Virus record (IMG/VR): IMGVR_UViG_3300037132_000276
Coordinates: 28,606 to 92,605 of that record
Strand: one strand, 5' to 3'
DNA: 64,000 nt
Source: a virus
Under the pieces are notes generated by a model, which was not told the DNA's origin, did not search any database, and saw only the letters and a list, made by a program, of their open reading frames with translations. Position numbers and translations under genes: made by a program. Positions within the stretch are counted from its first letter, which is position 1, and each line of letters starts with the position of its first letter. Below are positions 28,018 through 37,834 of the stretch, one piece after another.

Positions 28018-28096
28018 GGTAACGACCCGAAGCTTTTATCGAGAAGCTACCATATTGGTTTGGGAGGAACCCAAACCGTTGGGTTGTATGTGCACC
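28018..28096 (+). ncRNA. Candidate structured small RNA (three-way junction)
   Basis: P1 ACGACCCGA/TTGGGTTGT (two G-U pairs on the + strand), P2 AGCTT/AAGCT, P3 GGTTTGGG/CCCAAACC; non-coding gap. Confidence 0.4.
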
Positions 28097-28137
28097 CGAA
28101 AATTAAACATCTTTAAAATAACATGCAATAGCTTTTC

Positions 28138-29055
28138 TTAATTTGCATTTGGTAATATCCTTGCTATATCTTTTTTGGCGGCTTCGGCTAACATCATTTG
28201 GACACTTTGCTTGGTGCTATCATATGTTTCACCTAAAATTCTCAGGGCTTCAACCTTTGGGTGGACCCATCCATCGGAATCCTCTGTCATAACCCTGAAT
28301 GTCATATATAAGCTGTGCTGCGTTTTGTTGCTCGTTTCGTTCATAGATCCAAACTTGCCAAAATCAAATTTTTCTCGGTTAATATTTGGATTGGTTTCGA
28401 ATCTTACCATATTTTTATAGATGCTGCCATCTTCCAACTCTGCGCCTTTAATATGAGTTAATTTATCGCCCCATAAATAGCCATTTTTTTGAACTCGCTT
28501 GGGGTTATTCCTTCTCAACAAGTCTGCATCTGCTATGGTCGTTGCCTGTCGTATGCTCCCCTCGTTATATTTATTAGATACAATGCTGGGCTTTAATCTT
28601 ACGGCTTCGCTGTAAACTTCTTGCGGCATTTCTCGTTTACTCTTAGCGCCCGGCGTTCCATGTTCAAAAGGAATAATCAAATATCGCTTGCCGTCTTTAC
28701 TTATCCGCACTTTATCGCTTGTCTGTAAAGCTTTTTTCATGTCAAAGAGCTGGAAACCAGACTCTAAGTACTTCGCATAATCTTTTGTGTGCTCAATTCT
28801 ATAATAAAGTGGATCGCCCTGATATGGATATTTAATCCCTTCGACTATACCGCGAGCATAACCGCCTTCCGAATGCTTGAACTTACTTGCGGCAACATTA
28901 AGCCAACTTTGCGTTACGTGATCACCAGCAACATGAATGGCTTCCTGCAGATAACTTCCATTCTTATCAAGTTCTTGTTCATAACGTCGCTGGATCTCTC
29001 TTACGAGTTCGTTTAATGCAGAATAATCAAGGTCGTAAACAATTTCATAATTCAT
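28138..29055 (-). CDS. Neck / head-tail joining protein
   Basis: YAKYLESG...FDMK, KDGKRYLIIPF, YMTFRVMTEDSDGWVHP as in Twort-like neck proteins. Confidence 0.7.
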   Translation of the reverse strand: MNYEIVYDLDYSALNELVREIQRRYEQELDKNGSYLQEAIHVAGDHVTQSWLNVAASKFKHSEGGYARGIVEGIKYPYQGDPLYYRIEHTKDYAKYLESGFQLFDMKKALQTSDKVRISKDGKRYLIIPFEHGTPGAKSKREMPQEVYSEAVRLKPSIVSNKYNEGSIRQATTIADADLLRRNNPKRVQKNGYLWGDKLTHIKGAELEDGSIYKNMVRFETNPNINREKFDFGKFGSMNETSNKTQHSLYMTFRVMTEDSDGWVHPKVEALRILGETYDSTKQSVQMMLAEAAKKDIARILPNAN

Positions 29056-32000
29056 TATTTTTTGTCCGGATCCTTGTCGGCAATGTTTTTCTTTGGATTT
29101 AAGATGGAATTAAAATCAGTCCCGCTTTCTTCTTCCGGAGAAAACTTATCTCCAAAATCTTTTTCAAATTTAGCCTCGCCTTCGGGGGTAAGTATCATAT
29201 TCTCGTCAATTAACCCATGCATACAGAGTAATCCAAGTTCAAAAAAGTCCTGTTCCGGATCCAGCTCATGATCTTCGGGGAATCCCGCCAACATTTTTAT
29301 TTTTTCGCCATCAGTCAACGTCCCATTGCCCTTATCTACATTGTCCCCTGATTTATCCGGTTTGCCTAATGGTAAAGATTTTTCAATTTTTCCAGAACCT
29401 ATTTTGTGAAATTCTTTATGAACATCGGGATGATGTATTTTCTCTCTTCCGTCAATTTTCTGATAGAATAGTTTTACACCTTCACCTAATGGAGCAGAGT
29501 TATCAAAAACGTCGAAATTGTCAAAGTCCTCTTTCAGCTGGAAAAATGCTTTGTGGGTCTGGTAATCACCGAACTCCTTTTTATATAAATCTGTCCCTAT
29601 TGATCTTCCTCCATGTTGACCCCTCGCTTTGTCCCTTTCAATTCCGCTTTTAAGTGGAATATGAATAAATTTTGCATTTATCTGAAAAGTGTCATACTTC
29701 ACGATTTCAAGTAGATCTCTAAGATTTTCCTCTCCCTTCATCGTGGTATCATAAACAACATCTTTCCCCTCTCTTACCGCCTCACGAATTAAATGTTTTG
29801 CTATTACCGAACTATCCTCATGAAGCTCCCACGGTTTTTTGTCGACCTCTTCTTTCCCGATTCCACGCTCATCGGCAATCATGTATTTAATAGCATCCGG
29901 ATCTATTACCACTTTATTTTGATTGAAAGAATGTCCCAATACCGAACTTTTGCCGCTACCGGGGAGCCCACCGGTAATATATAGCTGACCTATGCCATCA
30001 CCCGCCTCGCTAAATAGTTTTTTCTTAATCGAACTGTACTCGGGTATTGCTTCGGCTACGACCTTCAACTTTAACGAGAATTCCGTTTCTCTTAAAGCAT
30101 TCGGCTTTTTGGCACAATCCTCTGCCGCCTTAGCCAAATCCGGCGAAGCAAATTGTAATTCTTTCGGGCATGGATCGTTGTCCCCTTTTTTTATTTTAAT
30201 ACGAACGAAGAAGTTTTCACGATCAATATCGGATTTGTCCGGCATCTCCCCATCAACCGCATAACCTTTATCTTTCAATTCGCCAATAACTCTATTGATT
30301 TTATAAGGACTACTTATAGCAAACGCCCCAATTAAAGCACTATTGGGTGCCTCCTCCCCATATTTATCGGCATTTCTTCTGATTTCCTTAAATAAAGCAT
30401 CCTGTTTCTTAATTATTTTGTTGTTATTGCTAAATTCTAAATTTAAGGCATTTGCGACATCTTCAAGATCACGGAAAAACCAACTTTTTTGCCCCTTACC
30501 CAAATCAGCAAAATCCTCTGCTTTTTCATTATATCTATTATAATTTCTCATTTTCTCTAACGATTTTGCGCGTTCGGCGTTTTCTTTGGCCCGCTCCATT
30601 TCAACGGGGATTGATTGATCCTGACTTTTTTCCTCGGTTGAAATAGTAATGTTCTTATCAGAAAAATTATATTGAACTCCGCCCTCCATCGCTAAAACGG
30701 ATTGATTTTTAGGAACGTTAATTACAGAATCAAATCCATTTTTTTCTTTAAGGAATAGCGAATAATTTCCATCGCTATTTTCATTAATGAGCTGGAAAGT
30801 GCCTTCATCTAAAAGATTACCGTCGTTATCGGTTACAAAAGCTTTGTTGCCAAGCTTATCCTGCAGCATGTCATAACTTTGTGCCGGCGTTATAGTCTTC
30901 CCCTTGCTTTTTTCTTCCGGCTGATTATTATTTTGACCCCCGGATTCTTTTTTGTTGAGAAATCTCCAGTGGGCGCCTTTGCCTTTTTCGTCGCGTTTTA
31001 ATTGAAGCGTTCCGCCTTTCCCTTCTTTGGTTTGACCTTCCTTAGAATATGGTTCTTCAAATAAAGAAACTTGGGCCCCAAATGCTTTTACAAAGTTCTT
31101 AAAAATGCTTTTCATATATTCCGCCTTTTTCTCAAACACTCGCTCTGCAACTGCACTTTTCCAATTCAGACTTGCGCCGGTACCGTTTTTTATCGAAAGG
31201 CAATCAAATAAACCAATGTCTTTTATTTTCAGTTGTTCGGAGATTGAATTAAGTTTTTGTCTGAATATCACATCTTCAAAATCTTTATTTGTCATCACGA
31301 TTGAATTAACTCCGCCGCTTCTTCCGACTAACACCGCAATTTCATCAGCTGTTTCTTTTGAATTGTCAAGAGAGGAAGTGAGGTTAAACCTGCCGACAAT
31401 TGAGTTACGAGAATTCAGAGACAATACCTGTGCTTTGTCCCCTAGAGTAAATCTACCCTTATAAACAAATTCAACAATATCTTCGGGGGTATGAATATTA
31501 TTTTGAGAGATGGTGGCGTTTTTATTGAAAATTTGCCTGCTGAATCGAAAAGCTTTTAAATTTTTAGCATTTTTCCCATGTTCTGTATTTGTCAATTGTC
31601 CATGTCCCCAAGCTGAGCCATGCGGTTCGAAAAAGCCATAACTACCTTCTCGCGCATCAATTATTACCGCGGGCATCATTACAACATCTTTAGGCAGCCC
31701 ATCTTTTATCTTTAACCATATATTTTGGTCTTCATTTGATGGATCAAGATTCCCGCTTGGATGGTTATGTACGAAATGAAGCTTGGTTGTTCCAAATCTA
31801 TTAATTGCATCCCATATTTGACTAGGGGAAACCAAAGAAGAATTGAAATTTCCGGTTGAAATATGCTGAACAATTATCCCATGCTTTTCGGTCTCGTGGG
31901 CTACAAAACAATGCTCTACCGCCTCATCCTGCAGCTGATTAAAAATATAAGCAACATCATCCGCCGTTTTTATCGTTTCATGCGCTGCATAAAATTTTAG

Positions 32001-32828
32001 CTCTTTATAAGCTTTATATTTACGCTCAAAAACAGATTCCTCGCCTTCCTGTAGCGGCCGATAGCTTAATGGTAGGCTTTGCCTAATCCAATCTTTTATT
32101 TTTGGATTAGGTTTAATGACTGCCTGTTTCTTTTTATCAACCTCCAATAATTTGGCGTGCTTTTTTTTAACCGCTTCATAAAGTTCGTGACTATAATTTG
32201 CGGAATCCCCATTGTTTACATCTTCAAGATATTGCTCCATTTCATACATCGTCATTCTCGCCGCAACATCTTCCGGTTTTGTCGAAACTTCTATACTCGC
32301 CAAGCCTGCAAGGGCTGAATTCTTTTTCTGGTTAATCTTTTTTGGTTTGTGGATATTGACTTTATTTTCTTTTTTGCCAATTTCTTCAATTGCTCCTTCA
32401 ATCATATTATCAACAATCGATTTCACTCCTTCAATATCTTCATCAGTAATTTTTTCATGTTTATTTATTTTTTCAACAAATGTTTGTTTGATATGGTCGC
32501 ATATATTCCAAAGATCGTCGGCGATTCTTTTGCCATCAGCACTATGAACATTATTAAGAATTTCTTGCGCCTTTTTACTTAATCTATCAACATGTTCAGA
32601 AACCGGACTATCTGAATATTCCTTTATAATTTTTTCGTCTCTGTCTTCTTCTTTATCCGCGTTTTTCCAACGCAACTTACCGCTACCGACAATCTCCAAT
32701 TTACGTTTATCTCCTGGCGCAAACTCTTTTTCTGCTCCTGCAATCGGTTTGCCAAAAATATTAATTTGTGCGGGATCGTTGCCCTTAATGGCCTTTGAAA
32801 GAGTTACGGGTTTGCTAAATATTTTCAT
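29055..32828 (-). CDS. Polyvalent protein: RadC/JAB domain, degenerate second RadC, Zeta-toxin-like P-loop kinase
   Basis: E...HFVHNHPSGNLDPSNED (JAB); TGGLPGSGKS, IDPDAIK, HEDSSVIAK, VVYDTT, GGR (Zeta family). Confidence 0.8.
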   Translation of the reverse strand: MKIFSKPVTLSKAIKGNDPAQINIFGKPIAGAEKEFAPGDKRKLEIVGSGKLRWKNADKEEDRDEKIIKEYSDSPVSEHVDRLSKKAQEILNNVHSADGKRIADDLWNICDHIKQTFVEKINKHEKITDEDIEGVKSIVDNMIEGAIEEIGKKENKVNIHKPKKINQKKNSALAGLASIEVSTKPEDVAARMTMYEMEQYLEDVNNGDSANYSHELYEAVKKKHAKLLEVDKKKQAVIKPNPKIKDWIRQSLPLSYRPLQEGEESVFERKYKAYKELKFYAAHETIKTADDVAYIFNQLQDEAVEHCFVAHETEKHGIIVQHISTGNFNSSLVSPSQIWDAINRFGTTKLHFVHNHPSGNLDPSNEDQNIWLKIKDGLPKDVVMMPAVIIDAREGSYGFFEPHGSAWGHGQLTNTEHGKNAKNLKAFRFSRQIFNKNATISQNNIHTPEDIVEFVYKGRFTLGDKAQVLSLNSRNSIVGRFNLTSSLDNSKETADEIAVLVGRSGGVNSIVMTNKDFEDVIFRQKLNSISEQLKIKDIGLFDCLSIKNGTGASLNWKSAVAERVFEKKAEYMKSIFKNFVKAFGAQVSLFEEPYSKEGQTKEGKGGTLQLKRDEKGKGAHWRFLNKKESGGQNNNQPEEKSKGKTITPAQSYDMLQDKLGNKAFVTDNDGNLLDEGTFQLINENSDGNYSLFLKEKNGFDSVINVPKNQSVLAMEGGVQYNFSDKNITISTEEKSQDQSIPVEMERAKENAERAKSLEKMRNYNRYNEKAEDFADLGKGQKSWFFRDLEDVANALNLEFSNNNKIIKKQDALFKEIRRNADKYGEEAPNSALIGAFAISSPYKINRVIGELKDKGYAVDGEMPDKSDIDRENFFVRIKIKKGDNDPCPKELQFASPDLAKAAEDCAKKPNALRETEFSLKLKVVAEAIPEYSSIKKKLFSEAGDGIGQLYITGGLPGSGKSSVLGHSFNQNKVVIDPDAIKYMIADERGIGKEEVDKKPWELHEDSSVIAKHLIREAVREGKDVVYDTTMKGEENLRDLLEIVKYDTFQINAKFIHIPLKSGIERDKARGQHGGRSIGTDLYKKEFGDYQTHKAFFQLKEDFDNFDVFDNSAPLGEGVKLFYQKIDGREKIHHPDVHKEFHKIGSGKIEKSLPLGKPDKSGDNVDKGNGTLTDGEKIKMLAGFPEDHELDPEQDFFELGLLCMHGLIDENMILTPEGEAKFEKDFGDKFSPEEESGTDFNSILNPKKNIADKDPDKK

Positions 32829-33559
32829 TGGTAGATTTCCTGGTTTAGGTTTATTCCCGCGTCATAAGCTGTTTTTTCCGGATTGGTAAATCTTCTTAAA
32901 ACACATTTAATTTTTCTCGGTAATTCGTCGGTATCCGTTCCCCGGTCCATTGCCGCTTCATCCCAAACTTTAAATTGATGTAAGCAGGTAAATTCTACGG
33001 CATATGTTTCGCTGTTTGCTGGACCAAGTTGATTATTATGCTCATCAAGTAGCCAGCTGATAACCGTTAGCTTGCCCGCATCAAAAGTTTGTTCACTTGC
33101 CTCATAGTCAACTCCGGAAACATATATTGTAGTCCCCTGGGAAACGGTTAATATATCCTTGACATCAAAAGCGTAAATTTTGTCCCTTACGCCGCGCCTT
33201 AGAATGTCTGTATTCCTGCGGATCTTGGTCAACGATGCAAGTACGTCACCGTGGGCAAGCGTTGTCCAGGCTCTTTGCTCGGCTCCGTCCAAATCGAATT
33301 TCGGGACGGTAAACTGCGCGCCGCCCTGAAAAATTACTCCCTGCTGACTATTGAGGAATTTCTCATTGAATTGTGTTTTAATAACAGAAATAGTTTCCGG
33401 ACTTCCGAAATAAAACCCATGATTACAGGTGTGGTTAGGTAAAAAGCTCCCGTTATTGTCCTCGACACAATTGCATAATCTGGCAGGATAATATTTATAG
33501 GTCTGTTTAAACCTGCTTAATAAATTTCTGATCCGACTATCGATTACTCTTAATCCCAT
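32825..33559 (-). CDS. Head closure / neck protein
   Basis: ARLCNC...HTCNHGF Cys motif of Twort-like neck proteins; ends LPRKIKCVLR. Confidence 0.65.
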   Translation of the reverse strand: MGLRVIDSRIRNLLSRFKQTYKYYPARLCNCVEDNNGSFLPNHTCNHGFYFGSPETISVIKTQFNEKFLNSQQGVIFQGGAQFTVPKFDLDGAEQRAWTTLAHGDVLASLTKIRRNTDILRRGVRDKIYAFDVKDILTVSQGTTIYVSGVDYEASEQTFDAGKLTVISWLLDEHNNQLGPANSETYAVEFTCLHQFKVWDEAAMDRGTDTDELPRKIKCVLRRFTNPEKTAYDAGINLNQEIYQ

Positions 33560-33577
33560 TGCAGCCTCTTAGATGGG

Positions 33578-34651
33578 TTATACGACTACGGCGTCAAGTC
33601 CCTTGCCGTATTTTCTCTGCAAAGACTTGATAAATTGATCTTCATCCTTTTTCAGATCTTCAACTATCTTATCGGTTTTGAAGGTTTTTGCGGTTTGAAC
33701 TCCATCTATGCTCTCGCTTTCGCTTGCATTACGTTTGCGCGGATCTATAAAATTAAGCAGCGATAAATAGGCTTTCTTTGCAACTGCGACCCTTATGCTT
33801 TCTTTTTCTATTGGATCTGCGTCCGGACGGAATAATCCGGAAGAATAGGTGACGACAAACATATTTGGAATACGCTCAAAATTACCGCCTCTCATGATTG
33901 ATATTCCCATTGCGGAAATGTTATTTATAAGCAGGGTATAAATTGCTGAAGTATCGCCGCCAGGTAATGGCAAAAATTCCAGAATCCCCATATTATTATC
34001 ATAAGTAAAATATTCTTTCCCGATATTTGCGATCTGGGCAGTTCCATACATAATCTTTATATCTATCAGCTCTATAATCGGCGGGTACCATAGCTGCATC
34101 TGCCAAAGATGCATTGAGAATCGTTCAAAATAATTATCCCGTTTTTCGACAAGGGTTCTGGGAGTAAAATATAATTCACAATCTCGCTCAAGATCTCCCT
34201 GGGCGGCCATTAAAAAGCTTTTTAATCCGGATTTGTCGGCTATATAATTATTGACCGCATCTTCATAGTCAAGATCCAGTTTACTTTTTGTGGCTAAAAT
34301 AAAATCTATAAAATATTGAACCGGTACTATCTCCGCTGTGGGAGTAAGGGAGTTTGATAATAGCTGTGCATCTTCGGGATAATAATTGTCATCTATATCG
34401 GCATCGGTCGAATAGAAAAATAATCTTATATATTGGGGGACTGTATCCGTGCTAATGGTTAATGCGGCAGTTCCATATAAATGGCTAGTGCTATCACAGG
34501 TAAGCGGGACTTCTGAAAGTGTATGATCTTGACTGTCTTTTAGTGGAATACCATCTTCGCCGATTAGCGTCACATACACATGTTTTCCACTCGCGATCGC
34601 TGTCTGATCCAGAACGATTGATTTTGATACTCCGATTAAGATTTTTTTCAT
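33578..34651 (-). CDS. Head-tail adaptor protein
   Basis: AAQGDLE, QLWYPPIIEL, IPNMFVVTYSSG, SESIDGVQ. Confidence 0.65.
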   Translation of the reverse strand: MKKILIGVSKSIVLDQTAIASGKHVYVTLIGEDGIPLKDSQDHTLSEVPLTCDSTSHLYGTAALTISTDTVPQYIRLFFYSTDADIDDNYYPEDAQLLSNSLTPTAEIVPVQYFIDFILATKSKLDLDYEDAVNNYIADKSGLKSFLMAAQGDLERDCELYFTPRTLVEKRDNYFERFSMHLWQMQLWYPPIIELIDIKIMYGTAQIANIGKEYFTYDNNMGILEFLPLPGGDTSAIYTLLINNISAMGISIMRGGNFERIPNMFVVTYSSGLFRPDADPIEKESIRVAVAKKAYLSLLNFIDPRKRNASESESIDGVQTAKTFKTDKIVEDLKKDEDQFIKSLQRKYGKGLDAVVV

Positions 34652-35187
34652 AATACATAGGGACTTAATTTAAAATTAGCATCTGAATAAAGATGTGTTT
34701 CCGAATTTCGCCGCTTGACTAATCCAAGAAGCACAACATAAATACCATTAACTTTTGCTTTATTGTATTGCTTTAGTTTAATTATCACAACATTTGTGTT
34801 GCCGGTATTCACCGCGTTTCGTAAAACAGGATTATCATATTTGCCGCTGAGCCGATATCCAACATTGAAAGTGAAGGCGACCATCGCATCAAACTCATGC
34901 CATTTCAAATTTCTACTAATCGTACGGTCAACATATTTTTCAAATCTATATAAATCTTTTATCAGCAATTGCTCGCCCTGGGATTTGGTGATTATTTCAT
35001 TCTTAAATACATCTTTCCCGGTATGCCCATAACCAATCGTGAGCACATTTGCCGGACATCGATAACTTTTTGCTTGAAATCCTTCATAATACTTTATTAA
35101 CCCAACTCCAACCGAGGTTGTTTGTGGTAATGCGGCAGAAACAAAAATCAAAAGCAATAGCAGCAATATTTTGCTAAAGGATTTCAT
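34648..35187 (-). CDS. GH24 lysozyme (endolysin) with N-terminal signal/SAR segment
   Basis: LIKYYEGFQAKSYRCPANVLTIGYGHT (E-x8-C-x5-T), FDAMVAFTFNVG, GLVKRRNSE. Confidence 0.9.
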   Translation of the reverse strand: MKSFSKILLLLLLIFVSAALPQTTSVGVGLIKYYEGFQAKSYRCPANVLTIGYGHTGKDVFKNEIITKSQGEQLLIKDLYRFEKYVDRTISRNLKWHEFDAMVAFTFNVGYRLSGKYDNPVLRNAVNTGNTNVVIIKLKQYNKAKVNGIYVVLLGLVKRRNSETHLYSDANFKLSPYVL

Positions 35188-35657
35188 GCGGAGAGGACTA
35201 TCCAGGTTACTACCGAGACAATTATTGTTGCTGAATAAAGTGCAGCGGTGAGCACTCGCATCCGATCGCCGTCTGGGGCAATAATATTGCCAGTCTTTTT
35301 CGTAAAATCAATTGTGGTAAATAGCCATTGCATTAACCATGCGAGCAAACTTATGATTGTCCCTAAGAATGCAGCAAGAACAATTATTTTTATCATTTTT
35401 ACAATGATATTGTCGCTTTGTATCTGGGTTGCTTCACTTTGAAGTTTGGCAACATCCTCGGTGTTTTTATAATCGCCGGTCTTCTCGTCATATTGCTGAC
35501 TTATATCGTTGAATTTTTTTGTTAATTCCTCGGTAACCTTTTTTTCGTGCGGTAAAAGCACAACTGTTATTAAGGTGAAAACAACCCCAATTATGATGAG
35601 TGCTGTTACATTTTTTGTAATGTGAACTTTCGCTTTATTCCAAATATTTGTAAACAT
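35184..35657 (-). CDS. Holin-like multi-TM protein
   Basis: Three hydrophobic helices; overlaps the endolysin start. Confidence 0.55.
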   Translation of the reverse strand: MFTNIWNKAKVHITKNVTALIIIGVVFTLITVVLLPHEKKVTEELTKKFNDISQQYDEKTGDYKNTEDVAKLQSEATQIQSDNIIVKMIKIIVLAAFLGTIISLLAWLMQWLFTTIDFTKKTGNIIAPDGDRMRVLTAALYSATIIVSVVTWIVLSA

Positions 35658-35681
35658 ATTTCCTCTATAATATTATTAAAG

Positions 35682-36248
35682 TTATTCTTGACCTTTATTT
35701 GCTTCTAAATACTTAAAAGCTTTACCTAAAAGAACTTCTTTCTTATCAACTTCATCAAACTCAACTTTTGCAACAATTGTTAACCATGAAATTAACTGTG
35801 GTTTTGTCCATTTTGGATTTGGATCTCCATCGGGATATGATTTGTTGTCAGCGGTATCCGTTTTGAGACCTGCATTTGCCAAATCTTCATCAACAGACCC
35901 CATTATTACCGGATTTCCATCAATGGGAACCGGCTCAATTGTCGGCCCATCGAGGTTCTCGGTTTCCAGTGGACTCTCTTTAATTTTAAGAATTTCATCA
36001 TCAGAGGTTTTATTATTGGCAATATTTATCTCGATCGTTGGTATTTTTTTGGACTTCTCCTGAGCATCAAATTGCTTTATAATTTTAAAATCTGGGATTG
36101 TGGATAAATATGTTGCGGCTTTTAAGGGTAGCGTGACCTGGCCGTTTAGATCTAAGGAAATTTTTCCTGTTTCAGAAACTTCTTTTGGAACGTTAAGTGT
36201 TTTGCCCGCTAAGGCTTTATGCTCGATAATTGCTAAAATTTCTCCCAT
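35682..36248 (-). CDS. Protein with C-terminal HeH/LEM-like domain
   Basis: PNPKWTKPQLISWL...EFDEVDKKEVLL; directly after the capsid gene. Confidence 0.55.
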   Translation of the reverse strand: MGEILAIIEHKALAGKTLNVPKEVSETGKISLDLNGQVTLPLKAATYLSTIPDFKIIKQFDAQEKSKKIPTIEINIANNKTSDDEILKIKESPLETENLDGPTIEPVPIDGNPVIMGSVDEDLANAGLKTDTADNKSYPDGDPNPKWTKPQLISWLTIVAKVEFDEVDKKEVLLGKAFKYLEANKGQE

Positions 36249-36280
36249 GATCTCACCTGGTTATTTGTTTGGTTTATGAA

Positions 36281-36302
36281 AGGGGCGGCAATTGCCGCCC
36301 CT
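36281..36302 (-). terminator. Hairpin after the major capsid gene
   Basis: Perfect palindrome AGGGGCGGCAATTGCCGCCCCT. Confidence 0.7.
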
Positions 36303-36323
36303 GATTGATCTTAATCTTATAGA

Positions 36324-37745
36324 TTAGCTGTTTAATATGCTTCCAACATTTTTATAGATTACTATTTTATTTCCGTTAAATACCTTCGGGGTGAAATAGA
36401 TCTTCTGTAGCCAACGGACTGCATCAGAAATTGTTGCAAGAGGCAACCGGCTCATGGTACCAAGTTGGTCAACCCTTAACACTTGGTCAAAATCCCAATC
36501 GATAACCATCACATTGGTTGTGCCCGGAACGGTTGAACCGTCGTCTATCTTTGTTGTAGAGGCGGCGGCAAAGCTCTTGAAATATTTATAATCGGCAATG
36601 GTTGTGCCTGCTGTAAGTTTGCGGTAAATGTCAAATTTTTCAGCCGCTCTATTATCCGGCGAACCATTATCGGATATTGTAAATACAACCTTTTTGCTTG
36701 CTGCAACTACTACGCCCGTAATCTCGAAAGCTGCCTGAGCACCATATTTATTTACAGGAATTATTGCATAGTCGTATGTCGCGGCTGGGAGCAAACTGCC
36801 AACCAGGTTATCTGTTGTGGCTGTACAAACGCTTGAGCTTAATGCGTTTGGTGCGCGATCGCTCATACTTGCGAAGGTTGTTCCCGCTTTATTCAATTTC
36901 GGGTGCGGCCGTCCAAGATAAGTTTCGCCTCTATGACGTAAGAAAACCGAGGTATCAATATTACCGCCACCGGAACCAATTTCTAACTTTTTGGCTTTAA
37001 CATAAATTTCGGCAACACTGGCTCCATTAACAAAATATGTCTTATTCGCAATCAATTGATTGACGTAATCTGTATAAGCTTGGTTGCCCATCCAGACTTT
37101 TAGGTTCATAGAATTACCATAATTGTCTGCAATTATTCTGCCCGCGTTATTAAAATCTTCGAGTTGCATGCATTTTCCCTGTTTGTCAATAATGTTTTCA
37201 TTGGGATTTTTCATGCGTTTTATCGCTTGCGGGATAATTCCATTGGGGTCCGTAGAAAGCAATGTTGCATCACCGTTAACAGAAACAACTTCCAGTTTTC
37301 TAAGCATTGCAATTGTTTTCATGCGGGTTACGGTGGCTACGAGATCACCATTGATAACGTCATTTGCATTTGCGAAGTAAGGAACTTTACCAACTGCTCC
37401 CACTAGCTTTACCTGCTCAAAATCACGTTTCAAGTCTTCGTCGTACTCTTCCGGAAGATCGCCGCTGGAATAGGAACTTGCATCTCCTAATTCATTCAGA
37501 ATACTGAATTCTTCAACTGCTGAAGTTGCTTTCCCTTTCTTTATTGCTTTCCAAAAAGCGCAGGAATTTTCATTTGCTTCAACGATTTTCAACGTTGAAT
37601 CCAAGCTTTCTTTTCTCAATGCAGAGAACCCGGTTTGATCCGTGGTTCCCATGCTGTAATCCATGTCTAACGCTTTAGCAAGTTCACGTTCCTTTGCAGG
37701 GGCCATGCTAAAAGCATCTTCGCCGAAAAACATCATCTCATCCAT
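36324..37745 (-). CDS. Major capsid protein (SPO1/Twort-like HK97 fold with inserted Ig-like domain)
   Basis: LAKALDMDY...GFSALRKESLD, KATSAVEEF, IIDKQG, YDYAIIPVN...FDIYRK, MSRLPLA, IVIYKNV. Confidence 0.88.
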   Translation of the reverse strand: MDEMMFFGEDAFSMAPAKERELAKALDMDYSMGTTDQTGFSALRKESLDSTLKIVEANENSCAFWKAIKKGKATSAVEEFSILNELGDASSYSSGDLPEEYDEDLKRDFEQVKLVGAVGKVPYFANANDVINGDLVATVTRMKTIAMLRKLEVVSVNGDATLLSTDPNGIIPQAIKRMKNPNENIIDKQGKCMQLEDFNNAGRIIADNYGNSMNLKVWMGNQAYTDYVNQLIANKTYFVNGASVAEIYVKAKKLEIGSGGGNIDTSVFLRHRGETYLGRPHPKLNKAGTTFASMSDRAPNALSSSVCTATTDNLVGSLLPAATYDYAIIPVNKYGAQAAFEITGVVVAASKKVVFTISDNGSPDNRAAEKFDIYRKLTAGTTIADYKYFKSFAAASTTKIDDGSTVPGTTNVMVIDWDFDQVLRVDQLGTMSRLPLATISDAVRWLQKIYFTPKVFNGNKIVIYKNVGSILNS

Positions 37746-37834
37746 TAGTGCCGCTCCATTTTATGTTAAAAATTCTTCTTATTTATTTCACTTCTGTATC
37801 ATTACTGCTAAAAGCTTTTCTGTGTTATGCTTTA

